DNA from: the human T2T-CHM13v2.0 reference genome, Homo sapiens
Direction: 5' to 3' (one strand)
NCBI RefSeq assembly: GCF_009914755.1
Contig: NC_060925.1
Length of the DNA stretch: 64,000 nt
Part shown: positions 1 through 13,885 of the stretch, one piece after another
Numbering within the stretch: the first letter of the stretch is position 1
How the letters are laid out: every line of letters begins with the position of its first letter
Notes under the pieces: model-generated
The model's input: the letters and a program-made list of their open reading frames with translations, nothing else
What the model was told of the DNA's origin: nothing
Database searches by the model: none
Program-made: the position numbers and the translations under genes

Positions 1-869
1 CTGAATTCAGAGGAGGGGTTTTCATGGACATTTTTGGGGTTGAAATCAGCCAAGCATCTCCTGTAGGCACTGAAACCAGACCATTGGCAGTCCAGGTCCC
101 CAGGAAGCTGGCATGCTCCTGGAGGAGACATATGATAAACAACTAGATCAATACATAGAGATCATTTCAGCTAGAGATGATGTGTGAAGGAAATAAGCAG
201 AGTGATGTGGTACAGATCGACAGGCAGGGGCAGAGCCTCCAGTGGAGTGATAGGCGAGGCTCCTCTCAGCAGGTGGCACATGACCCGCTCTGTGTTGGGG
301 GGCTTTGGAACACATCCTTTCCTGTCTCTCTTGCCCCTTCCAGTTGTGTCATTCAGCCTCAGCAGCAGCAGGAGAGGCTGATCTGCCGCCAAGCAGTTGA
401 CATGATTATGCAAGTCTTTCAGCAAATGAGCTGTCTTTTTTGTAGTCAGTAGTCAGGACCCCCAGGCTTCTATGCCACCCATGCCTTTGGATTTCTGACA
501 CATTTCCTCAACACTAGCATGTGTCCAGGGTCCTCAGTGCCACAGTCCCTCCTCTTGGGAGACAGGTTTCTGCTTAACATTTTATACATCCTGGAAATTT
601 AAATATTTTTCAAGAGGCCAAAAGAAGAACAACCGTAATAAGTGAGTGTTTGGTGAAGAGGTGCCAGATCCAGAGAACATGGCTGGTAGGGAGATATTAA
701 GCCAAGGAGCCCTCTGACAGCTCATCCTGTACCTGGCTCACATTGTCCATACTGGCTATGGACAGTCTGTGTTGGAGGGAGCACGCTCTGTTCACCCTAC
801 TTACCCTGTTGGTGCAGGAGGGATCCCCCACCCTAAGTTGTGCCAGGTGGTTGGACCTTCAATCCCTGT

Positions 870-1594
870 CACTGAGAGGTGATCAGGGGCTCATCTCTTT
901 TATGAAGCTTCACGGATCCACAGCATTTATTAGCCACATGTACTCATCACCCAGGGCCGTGCAGGGACCATGTACTCGGGAGCAGAGGGAGCTGGCGGGG
1001 GCTATGGGAGGGGCAAGCTTTGCAGGGACAAGAGGCTGGTGGGTGGCTTCTGGTCCCTTGGGAGGATGGGATTGGCTTGTTTGAATAATTTGTTTTTTGT
1101 TTTCATTTTTTGAGACAGAGTCTCACTCTATCACCTAGGCTGGAGAGCAGTGGTGTGATCACGGTTCCCTTCAGCTTTGAACTCCTGGGCTCAAGAGATC
1201 CTCCCATCTCTACCTCCTGACTAGCTGGGACTACAGGCATGCACCAACACCCCTGGCTACTTTTTAAATTTTTTGTAGAGATGGAGTCATGCTATGTTGC
1301 CTAGGCTGGTCTTGAACTCCTGGGCTCAAGCAATCCTCCCGCCTTGGCATCCCAAAGTATTGGGATTACAGGTGTGAGCCACTGCACCAGGTCTTGTTTG
1401 AGTAATTTTGTGGGCTGACAGGGAGGCGTAGCTTGAGGATCAGGTGGGAGGCTGCTGGTCTCGCTGATAAAGGAACTGGCCAGGTGGGGGCCTTTCCTGC
1501 GGGGGTCAGGGCACAGCTGGTAAGAGCTGGGAATTCAGTTAGGCCCCTGAGGTGCAAAGCTGCTGAGGATGTACATGAACTTTCAGGCTTCACA
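870..1594 (-). mobile_element. Old ERVL-type LTR (MER76-like), interrupted by an Alu
   Basis: Motifs attggcttgtttgaataatt...gggctgacagggagg...gcctttcc...gttaggcc resemble the recalled MER76/MER74 group; ends in ...ttcaca at 1594. Left boundary approximate. Confidence 0.45.
1092..1392 (-). mobile_element. AluJ
   Basis: Antisense dimeric Alu with the AluJ-type ctcctgggctcaagcaatcctccc. TSD cttgtttga(a/g)taattt at 1076-1091 and 1393-1408. Confidence 0.92.
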
Positions 1595-1596
1595 CT

Positions 1597-1739
1597 ACAG
1601 GGGGTTTATCACTGTAGGGAGGTTAGCAGCATCTCCAGCCCCTTCCCCCAAGATTCGAGTACCCACCCCCCATTATGACAACAAAAAATGTCTCCAGGAG
1701 AGGTGGGGGCCAAATATGATTTGGTTGAGAACCAGTGGT
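1597..1739 (-). mobile_element. MER20 (hAT-Charlie) fragment
   Basis: ttagcagcatc...tgacaacaaaaaatgtctccag...ggttgagaaccagtg matches antisense MER20. Confidence 0.7.
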
Positions 1740-2622
1740 CCAGGTTGACCATATTCTGGAGTCAGCACTTGCAGCTAGGTGGTCATACCCATAGGATGCT
1801 TTCGGGGGCTTGCTGCTTCCATGAGGATGATGTAAAACTTCTTTATGGTGGCTCCCAGGAGCCTCTGCACCATCACCTTCGCCACTTCATCCACCATGTC
1901 AGTTGCGTGAGTCCCTGGCCTCACCTGATGGGGCTATTCATGGTCCTAAACTCATTACAGTTTTTCCAGTTTCAGACCCCTGCTCCTGTGAACCCCTCTA
2001 ATCCATCTCCCCCTCTCCTGCTTCCACCGTTCACCGAGCTCCTGGTGACCCACCAACTGTACGCTAAGCCCTTCTCCCTTGAATTCACATTGTCCATTGC
2101 CCTTCTCGCCACAGAATTCATGGTTAACGAAATTTCACCTACTCCTTGAGACAGAGCCTCTGAATCAGAGGCCTCATGACTGGATTGTCTGTTACTGCAT
2201 AAATACAGAGACCCACGGGGTGTCAAGTCTTGTCTTAGATGCTGGGACCACAGAGTGTTGTGGCTGACTGTTTATTTGACACTCTCCTCCAGTGGATAGG
2301 CCATGAGGTGCTGGAAGTCAGGGACTGACTGGGGCATGTTTTTCTCTCCTTGCTGTAGTAGTTGCTCAACAAATTCTAACTGAGTGAACAAATGCTCTGT
2401 CTTCTGCAAACCTTGGCTGTGCTGCCCCAGACTTCTCTGCCTTCTCTTCCTTTCTGCCTGGAGAACCATTTGAACATCTCACTCTCTTCTGAAGCCCACC
2501 ACAAAATCCTTCTGCCAACCTTGTTTTCACTGGGCATTTGCAAATGCCACTGTACTGTCTTTCATAGTACGTAATTGTGTACATGATTTCTCCTTACTGA
2601 ACTCCAACTTCCTCATGGGTAG

Positions 2623-3155
2623 CGTATTAGCCAGGGTTTCCTAAAGGAACAAAACAAATAGGATAGATGTATACATGAAGCAGAGTTTATTAGGAGAATT
2701 GATCACACGATCACAAGGTGAAGTCCCACAGTAGACCATCTGCAAGCTGAGGAGCAAGGAAGCCAGTCAGAGTCCCAAAACCTCAAAAGTAGGGAAGCCA
2801 GCAGTGCAGCCTTCAGTCTGTGGCTGAAGGTCCAAGAGCCCTGGCAAACCACTGGTGTAAGTGAGTCCAAAAGCTAAAGAATCTGGGGTCCGATGTTTGA
2901 GGGCAGGAAGCATCCAGCACGGGAGAAAGATGGAGGCCGGAAGACTCAGCAAGTCAAGTCCTTCCACATTCTTCTGCCTGCTTTATTCTAGCTGTGCTGG
3001 CGCTGATTAGATTAGGCACCCTCACTCTCGGTGGGTCTGCCTCTCCCAGTCCACTGACTCAAATGTTAATCTCCTTTGACAAGGCCCTCACACCCAGGAA
3101 CAATACTTTGCATCCTTCAATCCAATCAAGTTGACACTCAGTATTAACCATCACA
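2623..3155 (-). mobile_element. MLT2A solo LTR (HERV-L)
   Basis: Full antisense match ending caatccaatcaagttgacactcagtattaaccatcaca, the reverse complement of the MLT2A 5' end. Confidence 0.9.
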
Positions 3156-4139
3156 AGGTGGGACAAGGCCTTATACTTCCTTAGGTCCCAACAACCTGCA
3201 GCCTTGTGCCAGGCAGGATGGCTGAGCCAGTGCCCACCTGGGGGCCTGCCCTGTGAGCCTCACTCTCTTTTCTCTGCTTGTCAAGCAACTGGTGTAGACT
3301 CAGAAGTTTCTGGACCCCTCCCAGCTTTGTGATTTTGAGACTCTGTCCCTGCTGCAGGAAGGTGTTTTGGGCCCTTATTCAGTTGCTGCATGACCCTTTA
3401 TATGGGTTTTTGTGTCACTTTGACTGTTTTTACGACAAGATCCTGCCAGGGCTAGGATGGGAGCATTTGCATCTAGGAACTGGCATGATGTGGAGCTTGC
3501 TGAGCTTGATGTTTTCCGGCTTGCCCCCGATTTCAGCCTGCCTTTTTGGCGGAGGTGGCTTTCCATGAGCACCCCGGCTGGGTAGTAATTGTCCTGGAGC
3601 TGCCTTGTAAACACAGTTAAGTTGCCATTAGGTCTGGCTGCAGATAAAGCATCTAAACCACAAATATTCTATTGATTACTCTCTGTTATGGGTAATGCAG
3701 GGTTTTCCTTCTTGTTTTTCCTATGACTGAAAAGAAGAGTTGCTGGAAACTAAAGGAAGCTTTATTGTTCTTTCCCTAAATCAATGCTGTTGCTTTATAT
3801 AAAATAAAGGAGAAAAAAATAACAGTCTTGCAAACATTTTTATTTGCCAAGTTAAGCTGACCTCCAGGGACACAGGCATTCTAGCACTTAGAAGCCAACT
3901 CTCATTGACACTTGTTTGCCAGAAGTTTCTGGAGAAAACTGTTTAATAAAAGCGCCCAACAAACAAGACCCATTCAATTTTCTCCAATTATACCTGGAGA
4001 GTAACTTTTGCTCACTCCATAGTTTTCCTCTTTGCCTCGGGTCTTTTTAGGGCTGGTTTAAATCAAAGCCTGTACAGGAGAGAAGAAAAGCTTCATGATC
4101 TCTTTGCTGAGGGTGGCTTACAACAAATTAGAAAGAAAT

Positions 4140-4422
<283 letters not shown>

Positions 4423-4634
4423 AATGGAATATTCCCGTAATATTCAAACGGCTTTATTTGGCATTACGCATTAGCAATTATGTTACTTGATTTCTCATAG
4501 TGCAGGGCTGTGGGAGCCATCTTCCAGAAATGAACCCCGGGTTTGGTTTGTTTACTTTTGACTGAGATTCAGGTTTGAGTTCAGTGCGGACCTTAGGAAG
4601 AGGCTGGGCTGCTTCCAGTCCCTTAGCTGCTTGC

Positions 4635-4796
4635 ATCAGATCAAGTACTAAGGTGAAGCAGGTGGCTCCTCGGTGCTAAATTTAAGGAGGCGCTCACTCT
4701 TGGGGCTGAGCGATCAGTGACCCTGCACTCCTCTGAGACTGGAGCCTCCTTAAAAGTGAGGAGCCTCCTCACCTCCCTTGCCCCTGTCCTGTTCCT
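4635..4796. mobile_element. MER96-like palindromic hAT MITE
   Basis: tttaaggaggc (4681-4691) pairs with gcctccttaaa (4744-4754); the gctcactct core resembles recalled MER96. Confidence 0.6.
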
Positions 4797-5267
4797 CCTC
4801 AGTCTGAGTTTTGGAAGGGATTCATGGGAGTTTGATTGACTGGTTAATTCAATCTAGTCTGGTTTTGCATAGACCAACCATTGACCCTTGGGATGTGCAA
4901 ATTACTGGGGGTGGGTAGAGAGAAGGGCCTTTCTCCTAGGGCATTGTGTAGATTGTGGGGTGAAATTAAAAAAAAACATAACAATTCCTCTACCTATGTT
5001 CGGGTTGAATTGGGCCTCCTTGCCTCAGATTCCTGTGCTGAAGTTCTAAGCCTCAGAGCCTCAGACGTGACCTTATCTGGAAGTAGAGCTGCTGCAGGTG
5101 TCATCAGTTAGGATGAGGTCCTGCTGGAGAAAGGAAGCCTTCATCCCTAAGGACTGGTGTTCTGATAAAAAAGAGGAAATTTGGACAGTTGCACACACAG
5201 GGAGAACAGCATGCAAAGATCAGAGTGATGCTGCCACAGGCCAAGAAGCTTTCAGAAATCGAGGGAG

Positions 5268-5936
<669 letters not shown>

Positions 5937-6956
5937 GGGAGCATGGCCCTGCCCAGGGCTTGATCTCAGACTTCTGCACTTCAGGACCACGAGACTATAA
6001 AGTCACATTGGTTAAGCCCCTGGTTTGTTATGACAGGCTTAGCAAAGTGACACAACACATTGATCCAGAAGCATCTCCGTGTTGATCACCAGGCAGTTTC
6101 CGCTGTGGTGTCTCTGCTTCTAGTGGGCTTCTCATGTGGCTGTGCAATTTTGTTGACTGTTCTGATTGTACCGTAATTCATGTCTTTCATGGTGTTGTCT
6201 TTGATGGCTATCCTCTCAGCGGGAGATGTTCCCCTGATGTGTGACCTGGAGTGGGGTGAGGCAGCCCTGGCTGGTTGGAGACCAGGCCTCACAACCCCCT
6301 GAAGCTGTCCTGGTTTGGTCCACACCTCATGCTTGGCTGGTTTATTCCTCAGAGGCGAGCAGTTTGATCTTCTCAGCCAGTTGCTGGATGTTTTTCTCCC
6401 AGTGATTGTTCGGAAATGCCAAATCAAAGGCAAGGTACACGCAGAGGGGGCTGCATCTCATGCTAATTACTAGCCAGCGTGTTTACAGAAAGCTGCGTTA
6501 GGGAGAATTTCCTCCCCTCATCGCTGGGCTAGCGGGGCTCAGAAGGCATAATGAGAAGGCTCAGCAGTGGAAATAGCAGCATTTGCATACTTCTCGGCTG
6601 TGATAATGTAATTCGGAACGCCCAGTTGCTGATGAATGCCACTTAAAGTTCATGCCTGTTTTTGTCACTCTGTGCTAACTTGAAATTGAAATTGGAGAGG
6701 AGACACTTCGGGCCGGGGGTTGGGGATGGAATTCAGTGTCCACGGAAACGACTTTGTGCTCTGATCAACTCCAGTGAACGGAGCTCAGAAATGCCGAGCA
6801 GACCTCCTGGACCCTAGGGTGGGAGTGTCCTGCCATTTATCAAGACATGCAGCCCTGGCCCTGCCCCTCGCATCGCACATTCCTTCCATTTGCATCCACG
6901 TGGGACATTTCTCCGGATCTGGTTAAACTGCACTTGATGGTTTCCTTCCGTGATGA

Positions 6957-7535
<579 letters not shown>

Positions 7536-7828
7536 TTTGGATATCTTGCAAGTTCCAATTATTTTTTCCAAGTCAGTCTTGGAGACAGTCAGACTGATGA
7601 GTAGGTGGACAAGCATGACTGGGAAGGAGTCAAGGCTACCCAGACACGCCAAGGCTCCTGGGCCTCTGGACCCTGAGGCAACCACAGATAGTTCACTTGG
7701 TGGCTTCACTCCCATGGAAAACTAGTTTTACTTTTTTAAATGAGGGGAAGGAGAATCTCAAGACACAGATGATTGACACTGGAAAATCAGCCTTTGAAGA
7801 ATCAAGAGTCAGAAAAAATAGCAGTTGG

Positions 7829-7889
7829 AGCCAGGTGTGCTGGCTCATGCCTGAAATCTCAGCACTTTGGGAGGCCAAGGAGGGAGGAG
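7829..7889 (+). mobile_element. Alu 5' fragment
   Basis: gccaggtgtgctggctcatgcctgaaatctcagcactttgggaggccaagg, then the match stops. Confidence 0.7.
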
Positions 7890-7944
7890 CTCATCCAAGG
7901 TCACACAGCTTCAAAGTGATGACATATGGATTTGCTTCTGGGTC

Positions 7945-8381
7945 TGTGTCAGTCTCCTGCGGCGGCTGTCAAAAATTGCCATGGACTGGGTGGCTTCAAA
8001 CAGCAGAAACTTACTTTCTCACAGCTCTGGTGGATACGAGTCTGAAATCAAGGCGTTGGCAGGATGATGTTCTCGCTCGTGGCTCCGGGGAAGAATTCTT
8101 CCTGGCCTGTTTCAGTGGCTGGTGGCTTCCAGCAGTTCTTGTTCCTTGGCTTCCAGTGGCATCGCTCCCATCTCTGCCTCGGTTGTGATGTGACCGTCTC
8201 CTCCCTGTGTGTGTCTGTGTTTTCACCGGTCAGTGGATCCAGAGCCCATCCTAATCTAGTATGACCTCATTTTAATGAGATTACATCTGCAAAACCCTCC
8301 TTCCATATAAGGTCACATTCTCAGGGGCTGGGGTTGGAACTTCCATAGCTCTTTTTGGGGAACACGACTTAACCCACAACA
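7945..8381 (-). mobile_element. MLT1C-like LTR
   Basis: gggtggcttcaaacagcagaaacttactttctcacagctctgg...tgacctcattttaa...ttacatctgcaaa...aaggtcacattct. Confidence 0.8.
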
Positions 8382-8837
8382 CCACTTAACGCCTCCAGCA
8401 CATGGCTGTCAGAGGGAAGTTTGTTTGAGAACACAGTGGCGGTGCTAGAATGAACAGACCTCCTGTGCAGCCGCCGCCTAATGTCTTAACCACGGATCCA
8501 GAAACACCTCCCCTCCTGATGCAAACAGGAGAGGCAGCAACAGCTCACCTGCGAGTGTGAGATATGGTGGGAGCTGTTGTCATCGTGTGTTGTGAAAGAC
8601 ACATTGTGTTCACAAGGGACCTGGATGCAATGACCCCCGTGAAGGTGATCTCGCTGGAGCGAGGCAGCCCCTGCCCACTAGCTGGTTTTGGGCTGGAGAT
8701 GGACCCAGGGCTCACATGCTCCTTCATACCCGACACCTGGCCCAGAAGAAGTGTCCAACTTCCCAGAACATGATGCTGGTGACACCTCCAACCAGATGCA
8801 GGGCTCTGATCTCTTTGGACCTTGCTCTCATCCATCG

Positions 8838-9340
8838 CCTGCCTCACCTTCACCTGCCTCACCACCTCCCCCTGCCTCTCTCTTCACCTCCCCCTGCCTC
8901 TCTACCTCCACCTCTCTCTCCACCTCCACCTGCCTCTCTACCTCCACCTGCCTCTCTATCTCGACCTGCCTCTCCACCACCCCCTGCCTCTCTCTCCACC
9001 TCCCATTGCCTCTCTACCTCCACCTGCCTCTCCACCTCCATCTGCCTCTCCACCTCCACCTGCCTCTCCACACCTCCACCTGCCTCTCCACCTCCATCTG
9101 CCTCTCTCCACCTCTACCCTCCTCTCTTTCCACCTCCCCCTGCCTCTCTCTCCACCTCCACCTGCCTCTCTATCTCGACCTGCCTCTTCACCTCCACATG
9201 CCTTTCCACCTCTACCTCTTTCTCCTTCTCCACCTGCCTCTCCACCTCTACCTGCCTCTCCACCTCTACCTGCCTCTCCACCTCCACCTGCCTTTCCACC
9301 TCCACCTGCCTCTTCACTTCCACCTCACCTCCCCCTGCTT
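8838..9340. repeat. 18-bp minisatellite (CCTCCACCTGCCTCTCYA)n
   Basis: About 500 bp of degenerate tandem units; produces the spurious periodic ORFs (STSTCL)n and (EVERQV)n. Confidence 0.93.
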
Positions 9341-9509
9341 GGGCCTCCCTTGACCCCCACCTCCCCTTCTCTCATCTCTCCTTTTCACAGTGAAAGTCTT
9401 TCATGCTTCCCACCCAGTTTTGCATGAGTGTAGAGGGCTGGGGACCTGGGGCTGGGCTTGGAGAAGAGGAGGTGATGGGTGGTGGGATAGTGCTGGCTCT
9501 TTCCCAGTG

Positions 9510-9610
9510 GGGAGACTCAGGAGGCTAGGGTCCTAATTCTGTGTCTGCCACTTGCCAGCATGTGGTTCTAGGGAACCTTCATCCTGAGCCTTAGTTTCCT
9601 TACTTGGGGA
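9510..9610 (+). mobile_element. MIR fragment
   Basis: tctgccacttgccagcatgtgg...ctgagccttagtttcctta resembles the MIR core. Confidence 0.5.
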
Positions 9611-9998
9611 ACAGGTTCCTGTGACCTTCTTTGTCCAGCCTCTCAGGGTTGCTCTGCAAACCCTCAGGTATCATGGTGGATCCCCCAGTGATCCCGTAAA
9701 CCATGTGGATGGACATTAGAATCGCCCAGGGGTTTTGGAATGTCCCCATGCTCAGGCCACGCCCAGACCCATTAAACCCAAATCTGCCTGCAGCATTGTT
9801 TGAAAGAACCCCCGGTAATTCCAGTGAGCCTCTGAGACTGAGAACTATGGCTGCAAACCCCAAAGCCACAGACAGGCACAAGGAGATTGTCCAATACCCT
9901 CCAGCTGGCAGGAAGGTGTCATCTGCAAAAGGCCTGGGGTAGGGAGGGGCTGTTGGAGAGAAGGTGCCCTGGAGAATAAAGCCCTGTCCCCAGGGACC

Positions 9999-10884
9999 TG
10001 AAGGGGATGAATGGTGACCCCCAGAAAGATATGTCTCCCTCCTAACCCCTAGAACGTGTGAATGAGAACTGATTTGGAAACAGCGTCTTTGCAGATGTAA
10101 TTAAGAATGTTGAGATGAAATTCTTATCTACATAATAATTCTAGATTATCAGCAGGGATCTTAAATCCAATCACGAGTGTTATGGGTAGAACCTCCATTC
10201 TCCAAAAAAGATGTGTTGCAGTACTAACCCCCAGCACCTCACAATGGAAGCTTATGTGTAAGTGAGATCTTGTAAGTGAGATCTTTACAGAGGTAATCAA
10301 GTTAAAACAAGATTGTTTGGTGGGCCCTAATCCAATAGGACCGATGTCCTTACACAAAGGGGAATTTTGGATATAGAGACATACACAGAGGGAAGATGAC
10401 GTGGGGTGCAGGAAGAAGATGGCATCTTCAAGCCAGAGATCACGTGAGGCTGCCAGGGGCTGTGAGAGAGGCCCAGACACTCACAGCCCCAGAAGGAACC
10501 AGCCCTGCCCACTCCTCAATCTCAGACTTCTGGTCTCTAGACTATGGGAGAGTAACTTGTTTTAAGTCACTCTGCTTTTTGGCACATTGTCACTGCAGCC
10601 CTAAGAAAGTGGCTCAAGTGTCCTCATGAGATCACAGAACATGGAGAAGCCGGCCAAGGAAGACGGAAGCAGAGATTGAGGTGATGTGGCCATAAGCCAG
10701 GGTATCCCAGGAGCCACCAGAAGCCGGAAGAGGCAGCAAGCATCCTCCCCTAGAGCCTCCGGAGAGAGCACAGCTTTGCCCACACCTTGCCCACACACTT
10801 CTGGTCTGCAGAGCTCCCACAGAATAAATTTCTGTGGTTTAAGCCAAACGGTTTGTGGGGATGTCATGACAGGAAACGAATCCA
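9999..10884 (+). mobile_element. MLT1C/D LTR hosting a second MLT1
   Basis: gaatggtgacccccagaaagatatgtc...taaatccaatcac, resuming near 10613 with aagtgtcctcat...gaagccggaagaggc...cagaataaatttctg. Confidence 0.75.
10178..10612 (+). mobile_element. MLT1B-like LTR nested in MLT1
   Basis: tgttatgggtagaa...ctaacccccagcacctca...gggccctaatccaata...gaaggaaccagccctgccc...gcagccctaagaaa. Confidence 0.75.
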
Positions 10885-11074
10885 GGATGTTTCCTGCAGA
10901 CCAAGAGTGAGGGAGGGCGGGCGGAGCAGTTAAGGCTTGGGGTTCACTGGCTCTGCCGCCGAGAGCCATGCATGTTGGAGCGTATTAACCTTTGTGTGCT
11001 GCAATCCCCCTCTCCTGGTTCCGCCTGTGGCTGCAGGGCAGATGATGATGGATGGTGGATGATGATGGACACCT

Positions 11075-11488
11075 GCACTGGTCAGCCTGGGTCACCGTAA
11101 CAGCACTGCAGGCTGGGTGGCTCCAACAGCAACTGACCGTCTCACAGTCAGGGAGCCTGGATGCCCAAGATCAAGGTGTCATTTGCAGGGTGGTTCCCCC
11201 TGCAGACTGTGAGGGAGTGGCCATTTCACGCCTCTCTCCAGCGTCTGCCGTCTGCTGGCACTTCCTGGCAGTACTTGGCTCATGGCTGCATCGCTCCAGT
11301 ATCGGCCTCTGTCTCCACGTGGCTGTCTTCCCTTTGTCTCTACATTCTCTTCTGACAAGGACACCAGTCCTGTTGGATTAAGGCCCACCCTCATAATATC
11401 AACTGGCCTGCATTTGCAAAGACCCTATTTCCGAATAAAGCACAGTCTTTTTTTTATTGTTTGGGGGGACACAATACAATCCATAGAG
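11075..11488 (-). mobile_element. MLT1C-like LTR
   Basis: ctgggtggctccaacagcaa...aagatcaaggtgtc...aaggacaccagtcctgttggattaaggcccaccc...gcaaagaccctatttcc. Confidence 0.75.
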
Positions 11489-12417
11489 AGCCTCTCAAGC
11501 CTGTAGTGAAAGCTCAGGAAAAGAATGGAGGGAAAACACTGAGCGTGCGGTCACCCCGCAAGCAGAGCAACACCAGCGCCATCTGCCCACCTGTGGCGCC
11601 ACCCTCCCTGAGCCCACGGGACGCAGCCCTGCTCTGGATGGGCCAGTCTAGAGGTGGTCTGTCACCTCTGGGCTTGGCCAAGCTGAGAAAGAACGAGAGG
11701 CGGGCTGGGTGCTCATTACATGGTGGTCCTTGATGATTCTGCCCACCATAGAGCACCGGTTCCCCAGGCCCGATGACTTAATTTTCTCCTTCCCGTCCTT
11801 CCCCCTCCTCTCAGCTTTCTGGGGCTCCTTGGCTCAGCTCTGCTCTAGCCACTGAATTCCAGTTTGTGGTCTGAGAGTCCCATGCCTGCCCTATGCTTCC
11901 AGATCCATTTTCCCATTTGCTTTTTCATGAAACCGTGCACAGAAAGCGTTTGGATCTCCATTTCTACAGCAGCTTGGGGATCGGCTGTGTTCCTGGGGAA
12001 GAGGTGGCAGGGCTGAGGTTTGCAGCCTCATTTTTCCAGGTGTTTTGTCTCCCTGAGAATCTGGTTCCTCCCATGAGACTGCGAGATACTCTGGATTCTA
12101 GAAAACCATAGGTTAGGTTTGCAGGGCGGCTGCAAGAGACACAGAAGCCTCGTTTTCCATAACACCAGCCCGGGGCACAGAGCATCCTTTGCGCTGAGAG
12201 CTCAGGATGAATATTTTCTTGGAGCTTCACCTCCCCTCTCTGTCCTCCTCTCTCACGCAGGAGCTCCGGGGGCTGCTTCTGTCTTGGTTCATTTGTGAAG
12301 GATATCTCCAGCCAACGGGCTCCGGTGGGAGGCAGGGTGGATCGTGCCTTCCTGTGTAGGTATGAGCCTCTTCCCCAAGATGGCCTGTGACCTTCAGAGC
12401 AGTTAAGAACTGAGGGC

Positions 12418-12701
12418 GGCTGGGCGCACTGGCTCAGGCCTATAATCCCAGCACTTTGGGAGCCTGAGGTGGGTGGATCACAAGGTCAGGAGTTTGAGAC
12501 CAGCCTGGCCAATATGGTGAAACCCTGTCTCTACTAAAAATACAAAAATTAGCTGGGCGTGGTGGTGGGTGCCTGTAATCCCAGCTACTTGGGAGGTGAG
12601 GCAGGATAATTGCTTGAACCCGGGAGGCGGAGGTTGCAGTGAGCCGAGATCGAGCCACTGCACTCCAGCCTGGGCGACAGAGCGAGACTCTGTACCAAAA
12701 A
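12418..12701 (+). mobile_element. AluS (Sg-like)
   Basis: Full dimer. TSD aagaac(t/a)gagggc at 12405-12417 and 12702-12714. Confidence 0.93.
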
Positions 12702-13089
12702 AAGAACAGAGGGCTTAGGAACAATCACTGGGTTTTATTCTACATAAAATAAGCAAGGTATGGTGACGTGACTCTAAGTGCAGTACCATCGATGTCAGGT
12801 CCAGGAATAATTGATAATTCTCTGTTTTACATCTGTCTCATTTACAGACCTTATCTCCTTTACTGTTTGTGGGAGCAGCTCTTGGGGAGGGATGAAGATT
12901 GCTCTGGAGGTCACAGCATGGTGGCAAGAGCCGGAGGGATAGCTGCACACCCAGGCTGGAGTCTTGGCTCTGTCCCAGCCTAGGTCCTGACTGTGGCCAG
13001 CTCGCTTTCTCTCTAGGCAGGTCTTCTGTTGGACGGACAGTGCATTGGTGGGGGCTGGGTCCAACCCGGACTCTGCCCTTTACTGGCAG

Positions 13090-13735
13090 GTCGTCAATCT
13101 CTTGGAACTTTCATAACAAATGACCACAATCTAGGTGCCTTAGAGCAACAGGAATTCATTCTATCACAGTTCTGGAGGCCAGATGTCTAAAATCAAGGTG
13201 TTGGCAGGGCTCTGCCCCCTTTTTAGTAGGGATCAGTCAATAAGGTGAGACTTTGGTTTCCCTAGAACCCTAAGTCAATTCGATATTCTTTTGATAAAAA
13301 CCCTGAAATGATTTTATTCTTCATAAGGAAACATGTCAACATTAGAAGATGGGAGGAGTGAGGGGATACAGGCCTGAGCTTTAGAGTAGAAAAATTCAAG
13401 GATTTATTTTCAAGGGGGATCCTTCCTGCCTCCCCAGCTCCTGGTGCTTTGCCGGGAGAGTGTGTCCTTCCTGGGCTCACAGCTCCGTCACTCCCATCTC
13501 CATCCTCATCATCGTCCCTTGGCGTCTCCCTTGTGTGTGTCTGTCTTCCCATGGCTGTCTTCTTAAACGGACACCCGTCACAGTGCAGGTAGGGCCCACC
13601 TACTCCAGGATGACCTCATCTCTTTACTAATTACACCTGCAATGACCCTATTTTCAAATGCGGTCTCATTCTCAGGCACTGGGAGTTGGGACTTCAACAT
13701 ATCTTTTTTGGAGGGACAGTTCTACCATGACAGTC
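13090..13735 (-). mobile_element. MLT1C-like LTR with a ~190-bp internal insert
   Basis: cacagttctggaggccagatgtctaaaatcaaggtgttggcagggc, then non-MLT sequence at 13221-13411, then ggatccttcctgcctcc...gatgacctcatc...gcaatgaccctatttt. Confidence 0.75.
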
Positions 13736-13885
13736 ATTTGGGGTAAGGGAACCTTTCCTGGCCTCGATTTCATCCTCTGTGAAATGGAGACAGTCATGGT
13801 GCCCACCCCAGAGAGTTGTCTTGAGAATTAAAAGAGTAAACGGATGTGCATCTTCCTTAGTGATGCTACGTAAGGTCGCTGTTAC
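13736..13885 (+). mobile_element. MIR fragment
   Basis: gcctcgatttcatcctctgtgaaatggagacagtcatggtgcccacc...gttgtcttgagaattaaa. Confidence 0.6.

Noticed and set aside
761-776. 16-mer gacagtctgtgttgga matching the reverse complement of 57318-57333
   Set aside because: About one such 16-nt match is expected by chance in 64 kb, and the match does not extend convincingly.
4635-4796. miRNA hairpin
   Set aside because: The palindrome is explained by a decayed MER96-like MITE, and I recognise no mature miRNA.
8688-9427. 200+ aa Pro/Ser/Leu-rich ORFs in three frames
   Set aside because: Artefact of a stop-free 18-bp minisatellite.
10257-10284. Small tandem duplications (14 bp here; 15 bp x3 at about 31258; 29 bp at about 35583; about 30 bp at about 56893)
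   Set aside because: Ordinary slippage products with no evident functional consequence.
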